Counted from the stretch's first letter, positions 24,701 to 38,357 are shown. The stretch: 64,000 bases of DNA from Amoebophrya sp. A120 (GCA_905178155.1 CAJINV010000010.1:2617794-2681793); one strand, 5' to 3'. The notes: generated by a model not told the origin, from the letters alone. A program made the numbers and translations.

Positions 24701-26781
24701 CCCAAACGCCCCTACCTAGGCTGCGGATCTGGCAGCGATGTCTTACTGCAAGACAGCGCGCATTTGTGTACGGAAGTCCAGCATCAGAAACTTCGGCTCT
24801 ATATGGGGAGGGGGGATTTTTCCCCACAATATCCCTTGGCGATCGCCTTCGCCATCATTTTTTGCGTGACGAATAACAGTATGCAATGGAAATATAATGT
24901 CTGCTGGTTCCTCTGCTGGAAGGATGCAAATCTACTATGACATGCTATTTCATCGTTGTAAAAGACCACGCATCTTCAAAAATCTGTATCGCTTGAGCGC
25001 CAATCTTCAAAGCTGTCGACTCTTTCCTGCACACCTTCACCTCTCATAGCGATAATTTTGTCATGTGGTACAGGCATGGCGAGTCAAATAATTGCTTTGT
25101 CTGCATTTATTTTCCGTGCGGTTCACCCAAAGAAAAAGATGCACATGATCATATAAAATGCGCACTTCTCATTCAGATCCAGTCCCAGGCATTATATTTG
25201 CAGTGGATAAAAAGCGACGAGGAAGGCCAAAGCACCAGCAGGCCACAGGACCAAATTCCGCCCCCGCAACCCGGCAAGCGGGCGTCTGTGCGCGCGTCGA
25301 CGAACTTACCCGGGCACTTGGGCATCGTCGATGGAACAAGAAGCAGCAAGAAAGCTGGCCCAAGAGGTGCCCGAGTGAGCACCACCAGCAGTGGAGATCG
25401 CGCCAGTACAACCGGCAGCCGAGCCTCCGCCAAAGCCGACATAGGCCCCCTCGTGAAAAGCGCCACCGCGAGCTTCAGCACCCCGAGAAAAGACGACGAA
25501 GGTATGTGCGAGAAAAGCGTCCCCGCGACCCCGAAGTCAAGATCGGAAGCTTTGCAGTAGTACACAAATCAACAAGCTGTCGGTGTTGCGCATGACAAAT
25601 TTGGGCGTAATTTATCTAGTAAAGCCGCATCACGACTGTTGCATGACAAACTACCACACGACTGCATTTAGAAAATGCTCCTCATGGGCGGGCTGCGCAT
25701 GAGAATGGTCGTAGGCTTGCGTGACAAATCTGTGGTGGGGACGTTTGTGCACAGGATAGAAGGGGCGGCCACCTCGACGTTTTATCAAATGCAAATTTGC
25801 CCCCGTCCGGGTCTGGTGGAAGAGTGACCTTGTTTGTCATGCACTTCTGGAGCAGATGCAGAAACAGATAGATGGAGACGGACTGTCGTGCACGCAAAGC
25901 ATCACAGGTTCTCTTATTTTCTGCTCCAGATCAACATTTACCATCACAAGTTGAAGAGACTGTTCCTGACCCAGACACGTTTGTTACAATGCATACGTTT
26001 GCGGAGAGAATCACAATCAGTCAACAGCGCGCGAGCGTGCGGGCCAGCTCGCGGGGCAGCCAGGTCAATCTACAAGGCGACTATCAAATGTAAAAGTGTC
26101 TGGGTCTGGAAGAATGCAGACTTGTCATGCAGGTTTTCCATGACCCATGAGGTCTGGTATGTAGGACATAGCATGACAGATTCTGTGAGAGTTCTATCAT
26201 GGGTATCCTGCATGAGAAACTGCCTCTCGATGAGGTCAAAAGTGGCGAGCTTTTGGTAATCATGCAACACAGATTTTTGAATGATTCAGATTTAGCATGA
26301 CAAGTTAGATTCTTCCAGACCCAGACATTTTTGCATTTGATAGCGACATATACCACGCAACAGATCCCGATCCTGGCCGCCCGAGTCAAAGCAAGCGGCT
26401 ACCGATATTGTGAGGAAAAATCCCTCCTCCCCATATTGAAAGCGCATTCGTCTGAAAATTTGTGATGCAGATTTGTGGCCACAAATCCTATCTGTGTTGC
26501 AAGAAAGCGAACTCAGAGAGTCCGCCGCATTATGCAGGCGGGTTTGTGATGCTGTTGGGCTTTACAGCCCAGACATTTTTGATGCTAGGCGCCTACGCCA
26601 AAAACCTCGCGAATCAGGCCCGGCATATGCCTGCAGTCCTCTACTGCAAGACAGATCTGATTTGTGTGCGGAAAATCAGCATGAGAAACTTCGTTTTGAT
26701 ATAGGGAGGGGGGTTTTATCGTTTTGATAGCCGAAGAAACCGGGGCTCTCTGCTCTGGCTGCCCGCGCTGAGAAGTTGTGA
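21739..26781 (+). CDS. Cys-rich type I membrane protein (PAN/apple-like), paralog 2
   Basis: YTLC..N..LDYFLDG..CYLRWVGCKC resembles paralog 1 (LDSLC..N..YFLDTG..CYMRRSKCRC). Also ECLAYC..CAGLTYD, a Thr-rich stalk at 23840-24100, TM LWAVLVVLSVFCVIALAIAFAIIFCV rebuilt across two introners, and tail motif STFAERITISQ. Confidence 0.7.
21938..22202. mobile_element. Introner, family A (reference copy)
   Basis: About 30-bp TIR TATCAAATGTAAAAATGTCTGGGTCTGGAAGA; DR GCGCT; removing 270 bp fuses ORF 21739 to ORF 22258 in frame. Confidence 0.92.
22691..23120. mobile_element. Degenerate family A introner
   Basis: TATCAACTGCAAA..ATGTCTGGGCCTGG left end and ..TTTACAGTGCATA right end; DR not recognisable. 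Confidence 0.5.
24102..24459. mobile_element. Introner, diverged family B
   Basis: TATCCCGCGTGCAAAAACGTCG / CGACGTTTTTCCGCAGGATA; DR AACAC/GCCAC; frame restored. Confidence 0.75.
24512..24831. mobile_element. Introner, family C, inside the TM-coding segment
   Basis: DR TGCCT/TCCCT; frame restored. Confidence 0.85.
25503..25758. mobile_element. Introner, diverged family B
   Basis: DR GAAGG; frame restored. Confidence 0.75.
25783..25995. mobile_element. Introner, diverged family A
   Basis: DR CGTTT; frame restored. Confidence 0.8.
26082..26342. mobile_element. Introner, family A, opposite orientation to 62006
   Basis: Near-perfect TIR; DR GCGAC. Confidence 0.92.
26406..26729. mobile_element. 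Introner, family C
   Basis: DR ACCGA/GCCGA; frame restored to the stop at 26781. Confidence 0.85.
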
Positions 26782-27744
26782 AAAGTTGTAGCCGCAGTAG
26801 ACAGATTCAGAATTGCAGTTTAGTACTGGTGCTCCGGCTGCAGTGCTCTACCCTCAATTCTAATTTTGCGATTTTGCGTTGCAATTATATCGTTTGAAAA
26901 TAACCCCCTACCAAGCTATAGCCAGAACTAAATTAAGTATGTTCTCGTCTGCTATTAACTCTCGTTTTTTGAGTGAATTCCCCCCAACCATTCCCCTTTG
27001 TAAATCCCTCTTCATTTGTAGTTGACCGTAATTGTGCGCTCGTACTTTCACAACAGTAGGTACGCTACGCCCTGCACCGACCTGCTGCTCCGCTGTGTGA
27101 GAAGTACAACTACCGGGGCTAAGGGGGCCGAACAAAAATTGGGGACGAGGGCCTGCATGTTGAAACACCCCGTCCTTGCTGTTCTCTTTGACACCAATAA
27201 AGGTCGGGGCGTGAAGATGTTTCTCGATTTTTCCTTCCAGCCTGCTTGTAAGTACGTGAACCTACGACTGAGTTTTTTTCCTCCTCGTCTAACAACCATA
27301 TACCATACGTGATGTGCCGATTATGATTATCGAATAATGATACGTGAGAGCTACTACTGCGCTTTCTCGGTTGCTGTTTTCGTTGCGTCCTCGTTGAAAA
27401 AAAGAAAACGTACAACAAAATAGTGAACCAAGCTGTTGTACTTACCTACGATACATCGTCGTCGCTGTCTGTTGTACTGCTTGACCGCCCTCGGTCTTCG
27501 TACTGGTTTCTTTCGACAGACCTAATTTTTATTTCGCCTGCTTTTATTCGTTTTCCGTTTCGTCCACCTCAAGCACTTCTCGGTGTTGTACCCAGGTAAA
27601 AGTAACCCTTTTATCATCTCGACGGAGCAACAAGGAGCGGGCCCGTGCTGTCAACTCTTTCGGTGGTGAGGACTGGTCTTCGTGTGATGAAAGCGGATCG
27701 TTGCGTATTCGTTATCGTGCGTACTCTTCTTCGTACAGGATGAT

Positions 27745-27774
27745 TTTAGCAGGCTGCGGCCGCAGCCTGCTAAA
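27745..27774. repeat. Perfect 30-bp palindrome
   Basis: TTTAGCAGGCTGCGG|CCGCAGCCTGCTAAA, intergenic. Confidence 0.9.
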
Positions 27775-28359
27775 GCCGTGAGGTCGTCGTGCAGTGCCGT
27801 GAGGCACATCTGTCTTGCGTGCGCAAACGTTCACCGGAAATTCCTCTATATAGAATGACTATAATATACCCATGCAACTATGTTGACAATTCTAACAGAG
27901 ACATGTACATGCTGAGTAGAAAAAACCCGTCCCATACTAAACAGATGTATCATTTTCGCTTTGTGCTTCCCCCTTTTGCCCCTTCATGAAACAAGTAAGA
28001 GAGAGGACGCAGTAAGCTACTTATTTTATTTCTTATGCGGAACAACGTCGACAATTTTGCGCTTGCCCCTAATATGTAAGCTTAATTGACTTTGACGCTC
28101 CTTCATTCGGGGTTTCGAACGCCATGTACTGGGTTCCTCTAGGCAGCACCTAACCCCACCTCTGTCGCAGCTTTTCCGAAATAATGTTTGACGAAAGAAA
28201 GCAGCGTCATGACCAAGACAGATTCTGACTCGGGCTAGCGCTACTGAAGAACCGTTCTCACGAGCAGACGTCCGCACATTGTTAAGACCACCACCTGACG
28301 ATGAACATGAGAATTTATTGTTCATTCTCGTCAGCAGGACAACCGAGACTCGGAGAAGC

Positions 28360-31300
28360 ATGGGGAAGCCTTGCGTGATTTTCTTGTTCTCGGCCATCGT
28401 CGGCAACTACAGGATGAAGCAGGACGAGCAGATGAATAAAAAAAGGACGACCACTCTTTCTCTAGCGTGACCCGTGGTCAGCCAGACCGAAGAATCTTCG
28501 CCGGAACTTCCACAGCGGAGGGAGTCCTCAGTAAAAACTGCGGTGGAAAAATTCTAGGTTGAGGTGCGCTTTTACTCAGGATAGTAAGTACATCACAATG
28601 GGTAACTACGCGTCGCAGGTCGACGAGTGCAGATCGGATGGCCTCTTTTGTGGCAGCGGATTTGGACGGTCCTGCACTTGGTATGAGTGCTTCGACGCGG
28701 CGCGCGTCGACTCTCCAGGAGACGAGAAATTTCCCTGTACACACCGTCATGAAGACAACAATTACTACCGCTGGAATGAATGCGAAATTCTGTCCAGAGT
28801 GTTTCTGGAGGGTACAGAAACAACAGAGCATAAACTTACGGACCTCGTGAACAAGTGGAAAGATTGGTATAATGACCCCGAGTTTACAGTCAGCGGTACC
28901 AGCGCCAGTGCGGCCGCGGCATCATCATCATCATCATCATCGTCGTCGTCGTCGTTTCTGGACAAGTCGACGCAGGAGATCTCTAACGCGGCACAGGCAA
29001 AACAGCTTCGCAGCACGGCCTCGCGGATGTCCTTCCACGAATCTGACACGAATCCGGTGAACGGCGGAAATGAGATAACTTTTGCTCAGGCACTGCGGTA
29101 CTGCCAGATAGAGTGCGACGCAAAGTATGATGAAGCTACTGGCTCCGCATCTCAGAATAGATGCGCCGGCTTTCAGCTGAAGCTCCCGGGACATAATCCA
29201 ACTTTCGACAATACAGAGTGTGTCTTTTTCGGGGGAGAACTGCCACCGAGCGATTCGGAGATTCTCTCTTCGTGGCAATCTATCGCAAATGGGAAGTACA
29301 GCGTGACGACCAATGACTATTTTACCGACAGCATCAATGTATACCAAGACGTTGCACACCTCTCGTCCAACCCATCTGCTACGGTTCCGTTCGTGAACAC
29401 CGGGCCGCAATTATGCAGGTGAAAATGACAGAGACAGCACTTACACCTCCCGAGAATGAATACGATCCTGCGTGCAAAAATATTGCTGCAGCTGCGCAAG
29501 AAGATGATAGATAGAACAGCACTGAATTTTTAATACGAGAAAAATCGATACACTAAATTGTATCTTGCGCGCGGCGGGCCTGATTTTTTTTCAGATGCTA
29601 GTTTGGGTGAACACAGAATGCAGCAATTTCTTACTGCTACATTCAAACGACTTTTCACTGCGCCCCGCTACAATGATTTCTCGCTCGTACTCTAATTGTT
29701 CTCGCGTCTGAGATGAAGCAACAGGCGTCGTGGCTTGACGAGGAAATAACTCTGCGCAGCGAGAAAAACCCATAAAAATAGTTTTTGGACATGGCAGCTG
29801 TTGTTCTTGCTCGCGAGGAGATCAGTGTCTGGGGAGGTGGGAAGTTGTACTAGTCTTTTCAAAGTCATAATCCAGCCCGGTGCTGTACGCATTTGTGCGG
29901 TTTGCAGACGACTCGAAGAGCTTGTATTTGCAGCGGAAGAGAGAACTCTCACTGGACAAGACCGCGGACGGCCACTGGAACTGCGGCGGCCCGACCATCA
30001 TGGGCAACCAGCTGGCGCTCGACCAGATGAGCCCGGGGAGTGCGCCACCTGAGTGCTGGGGTACCGGCACCAGTCACTTTGATCCTCTGTCCACCTGTGA
30101 CAGCGCCAACGCAGAGCACTGCAAGGCCGTAGCAAACTCGGAAATCTACGTGCCGTGTGGGGACGCGAATGCAGAAACTTCGTGCGCAGCAGACGAAAAG
30201 TATGTGGAACAGTGTAAAGAAGGAAGCCGAAGTAACTCCATCAACGACAGCAACTTCTGCGGTACTGGCCAGACTTGGGACCACAATGTTTCTTGTATCA
30301 TCCAGAAAGAAGCTAGCATATCGAGTGATGTCTAGATGATTGTTGTATACCGTACAAGAAAGGACAACAAAACAAAGCCGGGCGGTATGGAAAAAAGGCC
30401 CATGTTCTTGCGGCAACGCTGTTTGTAGTTGACCTACACGACAGAACGACGTTTGATTTCATAGTTCTTTGCGAAGAACTTTTTTATTAGCAAATTTATT
30501 GATAAAAAAGTTACTTACAGTTACACCCGTGGTATGTTTGCTTTTTTCGTCGGTATTCCTTGTTGCAAAGACTACTTCGTCCAGGTCCGAACCATCAGCG
30601 CCGCCCGCGGAGCGCTGACCCCGGGCATGGAAATAGCCCTGGACGAGGACGAAGGCGCTGGTGGTGGCCTCCACTATTACATCTCCGTGCCGCTCGCTCT
30701 CGCCGGCACTTACCCAGCCAACTATGATTCTTGTTTCCTAGCACACGATGATGACACTACGCCCCAGGCCACGTTTAAGATTTTCGTGACGATGACAGAC
30801 GCGGCGCAGAACGTTGGAGGCGTAGGAGTGCAGCTCTGGGGTGAAGTGCGCTCGGAAGGCGCCTCAAATGAGGTGCCACTTTCGCAGCAAAATTCTTTCT
30901 GCGTCCGTATGACAAACCCAGCAGATGGCTTACTAGTAGGAGGGACTGCGAAGGAGTATTCGTGGATTCCCGCGAGTACATCTTGGGCGTCGGCCGAGCC
31001 CGGCCTCTTTTTCGTTCTACCAAACCCGGGGGTCTACACACTAACCATCTTTTTGCGGGAACCTGGGCTATGCAGTGCAACTAGGTTGTCTGGGTCTGAG
31101 ACTACATCATTGCCAGGTGCGCGAGGAGCGAATACTATCTTATGTCGCTGACAAGCATTCTTGAAGGGCGCTCAAAATGATAAACCTGTAGTGCAGCTTT
31201 CGCGTGCAGTCCAAACTGTTACCATTTACCTTTACTTGGTCCACCATCCAAAAGATGCATGACAATAAACAAGTATGAGTATCAGCGTCGTCAGAATAAT

Positions 31301-34300
31301 ACTATTGCAGACCCAGACATGGTTGCACTGTATAGCGGTCGCAGCTAAGAACGTTGACCCTTGGAGGAAACGCGGCGTACTTTCTGGAGCCTAATGACGT
31401 GAGCGAAAACCCCGTCACGGCGACGTGGCCCACGACCAGTCTATGACACAGAAAAATATTAGAGCTGACAGGTGTACAGGATCGTAATAAAACCATTCCA
31501 TTTTTCCATGCATAGAAGAAAATCGGAGCGGACGCTCCTGCTGATGCAGGAAGATTCAAAAACTTGTAGTTTTCCGCTTGTACTGCTACTGGAGAGTTTT
31601 CCATGTTCATGCATGTGAACATTATGTATGAGGCCAAGAGGCGGAGTTTCATTCTTGATGGAATCCGCCTTCTTCTATTGGCCGCACGCGCATGCGGATC
31701 AAGACAAGGCATGCACGCAGGAGGTTTTGGACCATCTTACCTTCCGATTAAAAACATAAGCATGTTGCAATGTGCTGCTAGAACAAGTTGTACAACAGTA
31801 TTAGATTATTCAAACAGCGACTGTGTCAACACAGCAGCGAAAAAGAAGATGATAGAACAAAGTGAACAAGATAGCTTTGGACGATCATTGCAGCTGCCAG
31901 CAATAAGAGTTTCTTGTTGATAAAAAACCAGCTCCACCACCGATGCGAACTCGTGCGGGGCTTTTGTGGAGCAACAAGGTGCAGATGGCATCAATCTCGA
32001 GCAGGAGTGCGAAGTGAACCTCTGTGGGGTACTCTTTCAAAACCCAGACAAAAGGGTCAACCCCAGCAAGTTATTTTTGTCGGAGGACAAGAAATCGACG
32101 GAAAAAGACCGCGTCTCCACGTGTTGCGAACCGACTTCGCATGATACTTGCCCCACCACCACTACCACGCCCGCCCCCGTCCAGACCTGCTATGGACAGA
32201 AAAAAGTTTGGCACAGTTACTTACTATTTTGCAGGTTTTGATGCATTCAGAAAACTTTCTAGCGCCGCACCTTTGTCTTATATTGCAGAAACACGAATAG
32301 GAAGAAAATCACGTAAGTGAAGATGCATGACGATGCATGATTTTTCTATTGCAAGATCACCGATCGATGAGTGATCTTCGTGGCGAACTTTTTTTGTTCG
32401 ATACCAGCAGCGAATTTGACAGTGGAGCTGCCGAAGATGCGAAAATCGAGAAGTTGTGCTGGAACCACAGGTGTAGTACCTTCAACCCACATGCACCACT
32501 CTCCGCCGGAGGACAAGATCACTTGGACGAGCAAGCAAAAATCGCTAGTTGTTGTTCGGACTGTGCTCAAGACGATGTCGATGAAAATTGTGGGACTGCT
32601 AATGCTGTGATTGGGGGACAGCACATGGTTCAACACGCGTGCGAGACACACGGCTGCAACGTGGACGCAATCCAGTGGGGCGTCATCCTCCCCGATCGCT
32701 CGGAGGAGAGTATACTGGAGCATTGCTGCACGCAGTGTGCCGAAGAAGGATCAATGACGTGCGGGGAAGTTGAAGACGGGATAAGCAACAGCGCTGACAA
32801 GATTTCAGAGCTGTGCTCGTCAAACCAATGTGACGGTCCTGACGGGAATGGGGTAGTAAACAATGTCAACCGGACTGCAATACTCCCCGACCCCAGCTCG
32901 GACCAGAGCAAACTCGAACACTGTTGCGTGGGCTGTCCGACGGAATCAAGCAGCACGGAACCGCCCACAACTCCGACCCCTCCGATGTCAGTCTGTACCG
33001 AAAAGAACAACAAAGAGGACTGCAACGCCGCGACGTCTGAAGAGGACCACTGTGTGTGGACGCAGAAGAAGCAACTTGGAAGCGACGGCTCGTCCTGGGA
33101 GGACGTAGGGGGCGGCGCGGCCGAACTCAGCTGTGTAGACTGCAGTGAAATGGATGGCAAGACGGCAGAAGAGTGCCATTCTTTCTCCAGCGACAAGTGC
33201 GTGTGGGAGCCGCGCAGCAGCCTTTGCACTGCACCGGAGAAGGAGGAGACCACGCCGGAGCCTTCTTCTAGTAGTAGTTCCACCACGACGACAACCACGG
33301 TGACCAGCACGACGACCACGCTTATCAAATGCAAAAACGTTTGGGTCTGGAAGAATGCAAGTTTGTAATGCTTGTCTGGCATGACTCGAAAATCTGTGTT
33401 GCATGGGCACGAAAAGGCCCTCTTACCTGTCATGCGAAAACGCAGTTTGCCATTCGGAATACATAAGACATGGGAGCCAAAAAAATTATCATGCATAGCT
33501 GCGTATTGCAGTAGCAGTGCGTCTACCAATCAGTTTTAGCATTACAAGTTTCCAGACCTAGACATATTTGCAATGCATAACGCTAACGCAGATAGAAACG
33601 AACACCACTGGTCCGCCGGTCAACGCGACCACGGGCCCGCTGCTCCCGCTGCCCACCGACCTGGATGCCGACCTGGATACGGGGGGAATCTATCCTGAGT
33701 AAAAACGTACCCACACCATAGTCAAGTTGGGGAATCGGCTAGACAAATCCACAAGTTTTGGCTGTTTTGCATGACAAATTTGGATTCGTAGTGTAGTGCT
33801 GTTTGAGCTAGCTCAGCAGCATCACAGATCTAGCATACCATCGTGATTGGAGCATGACAAATTGCAAAACACGATTGGAGAATACTTCTCATGGGGCTCC
33901 GCATGAGAAACATTTTCAGCATGCAGATTTGCATTACAACTCTGGTGTGGGTACGTTTTTACTCAGGATAGAATCCTGGTTCTCATCATCGCCGTCATTG
34001 CCGGCGCGCTCCTCCTATCAAATGCAAATGAATATGTCTGGGTCTGGAAAGATGCGAACATGTGATGCTGTTTTTGGATTCTAAAAAGATCTGTGTTGCA
34101 TGAGCAGCAATAGAGGAGTTAGTTCTTGGCACGCGGAGAGGGCACTTCTCATGCGTAACTAGCATCAAGAAGCTCTCAAAAAATCTGTCATGCTAGCACC
34201 AGCAGCACGATCACAGACCTTACGGGTGATGCAAAATGTGCATGAAAAGACCCAGAGCAACATATTTGCAGTGCATACCTGCTTCTCCTGGGCGGCCTCG

Positions 34301-37096
34301 CGTTTTTCTGCCTCTGCTCGGGAGACTATCAGAATGAAAAATCTCCCCTCCCCATATCAAAATGAAGTTTCTGATGCTGGATTTGCGTACACAAATCCTA
34401 TTTGTCTTGCTGGCGAGGACTGCAGGCCCATACTAAGCCTGAGTAGACGCGTTTTGGCCTAGGCGCTTAGCATGACAGACGTCTGCGCTGTCGGTGCAAC
34501 AGCATGACAAACCGCCTGTAGAATGCGGCGGAGCCTGTGGGGTTGCCTTCATGCAACACAGAGACGATTTGTGGCCATAAATCAGCAACACAAATTTTCG
34601 AAAACGTGCCTTGTCAATGTGGGGAGCGAGGGGGGATTTTTCCTTTTGATAGAGACCCCACGGCGACCAGCGCCAACGAGTCGCAGGGGACCGCCCTCCT
34701 CGGCGGCGGCCCGAAGGGAAAGGGCAAGGGCAGCAAGGGCAACATCGCGAACGTCATCATTCTATCAAATGCAAAAATGTCTGGGTCTGGAAGGATGTAA
34801 CTTGTGATGCGCATTTCAGAACACACAAAAATCTCTGATGCATAGGCAGCAAGAGCTAGAGCTGCTCACTTTCTGTCACCAAAGTGGGGGATTTGTCATG
34901 CGGATTCGGCATAATTGCGGAAGCTTCTCGAAACCTGTGATGCTAGGGCTTCCATGCCAGACCTTCTGTGTCATGCAGAAACAGCATGACTTCTCTTCCA
35001 GACCCAGACACTTTTACATTTGATACATTCAGCAAAGGAAGAGCGCCCAGATCAACGCGTCCGCATCAGCAAAGGGGACCATAACACCAACAGACGGAAA
35101 TAACTACGCAACCGTCCCTGCGACGGGCGCGCCTGTAGTCACTCTGGAGGCGCCGGACGAGAAGACAAGCTCTGCCGGCCAGGGCAGGAGAGCGGATATG
35201 CAACAGAAAAGTAATTGTAGTACACCCATAAATTGATGAAGTACTTGCTAACCAGGAATAAAGGTGGAAATGGAAAACAAATTTATTTTGCTGCGTGCCT
35301 GTCACGAAAAACTCTGTAAAGTGGCAGAAATGTTGTTGACCACGACAGAGAGGCAGTTTTGGTTTCGATTTTCTGAGACGTGCAGGATGCGTGTTGTATA
35401 GTATGGTTTAGCCAGCGACTGATATTAGAGCGGCACCAAATACACGGTTTGTCATGCTGAGCAGCAACACAAGCTTGGTAGGGGAGGAGGTGTGCCTTTA
35501 ATTTTCTGTTGGATAATCTCGAGGAACAAGGGGAATCGGTCGGCGGCTTCCACCGAACAAGCTACCGGTGGTTCGATGACGGGGAACAAAAGTCTGAAAC
35601 GCAGTTTACTGAAGAAACAGGCCTTATGCATTGCAAATATCGAAGATCTTTGTGTGGGTCTGGAACTGGCATTCTTGTCATGCAAGAAGTTTTCAAGGAC
35701 AGCAAGTGCAGCAAGATCTGCGCCGCTTGAATACATACAAGTCGCCAGCTTTTATTTTGTCCTCCGGCTGTGAATAACAATACACTCACACGCAGTGAAG
35801 TCTCATTCGTTTTGATGATTTCGCGGATGAATGATCCACAAGAAGCCGCGCACATGAAAAATAACTTCCGATGCTGTAATGTAAAGATCAAATTCTGCAC
35901 AATGACTAGCGGCTTGAAGAATACCCTTTGATGGTGCGAGCCTCCGCAACACAAATGTCCAGGCGTCCACAGAGAATGAGTAAAAATATTTGCGATGCAT
36001 AGTCCTCCAATGTAAGCATGGGGCGGAGCGGGCGGCAACGTGAACAACGCAAAAAGTCGAAAATAGCGGGAAACAGCACGCTAAACAAGGCGGATTTTCT
36101 CCGCGAGACGGCGGCCTATAAGCAGGCGCAGACTTACACCCCGCAAAGTCCCGAGTCCATGGACCGCTTCTCGGACCAGTTTTTGCTGGGTCCCGAGGGC
36201 CAGGCGAGCCCCCCAGCGGGTCCGACGATACTTATCCTGAGTAAAAACGTACCCACACCAGAGTCAAGATGGGGATTTTGCAACACAAACCTAGGAGTTT
36301 TGGGACTCACGCATGACAAGTTTCTGTTTGTAAGGTAGTGCAAGTTAGTAAGGGAAGCCGCATCACAAATCGACCTGCTGATCCTGTTCACAGCATCACA
36401 AATTCCAAAACACGATTGGAAATGGGTCTCATCGGGATGCGCATTACAAATGTCTTTGTCATTGCAAATCTGCATTACAACTCTGGGGTGGGTACGTTTT
36501 TACTCAGGATAATACTGGAGGGAGATTCATCTTCGGCGTCGTTTTCATCTTCTATATCCGAGTCGGAGAATAGTTTTTCGTCCTCTCCTCGCAGTAAATC
36601 GTCCGGTGGTTTCTCTGCCCCGGCAGATGAACTACTACCAGGCGAGAATTACACCAAGAACCGCAGGAGGGACAGTCGCTCCTCTAATCATATTGAATCT
36701 GCACCACGAGGACCTCCTGGTGAAGATAGCGATGTTGGCGATCACGACGTGGTCGCGGCTCAACTAGAACAGGGGAAGTCCTCCTCCCGCCCGGAGATGA
36801 CCGCGCAAAACGGAGATATTAGTAGAAGAAGGAGCAGCAAGAACAGAACACATAGTAGTCGTATTTCTTCTCGTGCGGAACCGGAGCAGGAGAATGGTCA
36901 TGCTGCTATAGAAGCAGCGCGTTCAGATGAAGGACCACAAGAGGAGCCACCTGCTTCTTCGGGTAGTAGTTCCGATGTAGAAAGTTCATCTTCCAGCGAG
37001 GATGAAATACGAGCCAATAGTAAAAATACCTCTGAGTCCGAAGAGGAAGATGAAGAAGATCCGAAAGACAACACCTTCCTTCTCAGACGACGCTAG
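28360..37096 (+). CDS. Large Cys-rich type I membrane protein (PAN/apple-like, repeated CC motifs, Thr stalk, TM, long Ser/Glu-rich tail), paralog 3
   Basis: Possible signal peptide MGKPCVIFLFSAIVG; YCQIECDAK..RCAGFQL..ECVFFG; Cys modules at 29880-33250 sharing CN..CVWT..C.DC..KC with paralog 1; TM GILVLIIAVIAGALLLLLGGLAFFCLC rebuilt across introners. Linkage of 35490-37096 to the same gene is inferred. Confidence 0.6.
31069..31334. mobile_element. Degenerate family A introner
   Basis: TATGCAGTGCAAC..TGTCTGGGTCTG / CAGACCCAGACATGGTTGCACTGTATA; DR unclear. Confidence 0.6.
33323..33579. mobile_element. Introner, family A
   Basis: DR ACGCT; ends TATCAAATGC / GCAATGCATA. Confidence 0.88.
33691..33970. 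mobile_element. Introner, family B (TATCCTGAGTAAAAACGTACCCACACCA TIR)
   Basis: Perfect 28-bp TIR; DR GAATC. Confidence 0.92.
34016..34277. mobile_element. Introner, family A
   Basis: DR CCTCC/CCTGC; lies within the TM codons. Confidence 0.8.
34327..34651. mobile_element. Introner, family C
   Basis: DR GAGAC; frame restored. Confidence 0.88.
34763..35025. mobile_element. Introner, family A
   Basis: DR CATTC; frame restored. Confidence 0.9.
35625..36001. mobile_element. Introner, diverged family A
   Basis: TATGCATTGCAAATAT / ATATTTGCGATGCATA; DR GGCCT/GTCCT; joins KKQA to SNVSMGRSG. Confidence 0.75.
36233..36511. mobile_element. Introner, family B
   Basis: DR ATACT; appears identical to 38456-38734. 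Confidence 0.92.
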
Positions 37097-37378
37097 GAGT
37101 GCACAAGTTCTTCGTGGTCTGATACTAGGTACTTTCGGATACACTTCTTGCGAGGTGATCCAATTCCAATTCCATGTAGTACATCCATCTTTATTACCTT
37201 TTAGACATAGTTTTATCCTCAGAAGAATACTAATAATTTGAAGTTTTTTGGACCGCTACAAATCAATGAAAATTTTGTAGCTCATCCGATCTTCGGACCA
37301 GTTTTTGCTGGGTCCCGAGGGCCAGGCGAGCCCCCCAGCGGGTCCGACGGTACTGGAGGGATATTCATCTTCGGCGTC

Positions 37379-37658
37379 TATCCTGTGTAAAAACGTACCC
37401 ACACCAGAGTTGTCATGCAAATCTGCATGCTTAAAATGTTTGTCATGCGGAGCCCCATGAGAAGCATTTTCTAATGGTGTTTTGAAATTTGTCATGCTTC
37501 AATCAGCATGAGAGACTAGATCTGTAATGCTGCTGAACTTGCTCAAACAGCATTACACTACGCGTCCAAATTTGTCATGCGAAACAAGCAAAGTTGGCCG
37601 ATTTGTCTAGCAGATTTTCCATCTTGACTCTGGTATGGGTACGTTTTTACACAGGATA
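37379..37658. mobile_element. Family B element, reverse orientation relative to 33691
   Basis: DR GCGTC; this site is empty in the other two tandem copies. Confidence 0.92.
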
Positions 37659-37735
37659 GCGTCGTTTTCATCGTCTATATCCGAGTCGGAGAATAGTTCG
37701 TCGTCCCCTCCTCGCAGTAAATCGTCCGGTGGTTC

Positions 37736-38357
37736 TATGACGTCCTCAGGTTGTAAATCTGAAATTTTTCCAAAAAAAAAACTAGCTACTTAGCTAGGTG
37801 AGATTTTATCTATCAAAACTAGCTAGCTTAGGAGGAGTGGGCTCGTGGTCTCCAGCTGCGTCTCGGAACGGTCTCGACGCCAAGCTACCGCGCCCGTCCT
37901 TGTCCTCCACATCGGCTCTTGCACGACCTACGGCGAGGGAGGTGAGCACGCACGGAAAGATTTCGTCCTCAGAATGTACACGCCCCCCGAGGGCCCCCCC
38001 CAAGACGACCCCTTTTGGCGTGCCGGGCGACCCCCGTCTGTCCTGGCTCTCCAGAAATCCGTGGCGGCAAAAGGGGCACCTGTATGCAGTGGACACACTG
38101 CAGACCTTAGGGAAACAGACGTATGTCCTCAAGGCGTTGGCAGATAAAATAACCCCGGCGGCGACCAGAACAAGGAAAAAAAAAACGATGAAGAGCGAAA
38201 GGAAGACCTGTAGAAATGCAGCGCTGAGCCGGTGCGCGACGATACCGAAGACGAGGAACAACCGATCTAGCTACTGCCCCAAAGGATAGCTTACGCATCA
38301 AAATTAGCTAGTTTTTTTTTTGGATTTTTTTCAAATTTACAATCTGAGGACCTCATA
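37736..38357. mobile_element. Longer (622 bp) non-autonomous TIR element
   Basis: About 50-bp imperfect TIR TATGA.GTCCTCAG.TTGTAAAT.TGAAA...CCAAAAAAAAAACTAGCTA; DR GGTTC. Confidence 0.85.
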
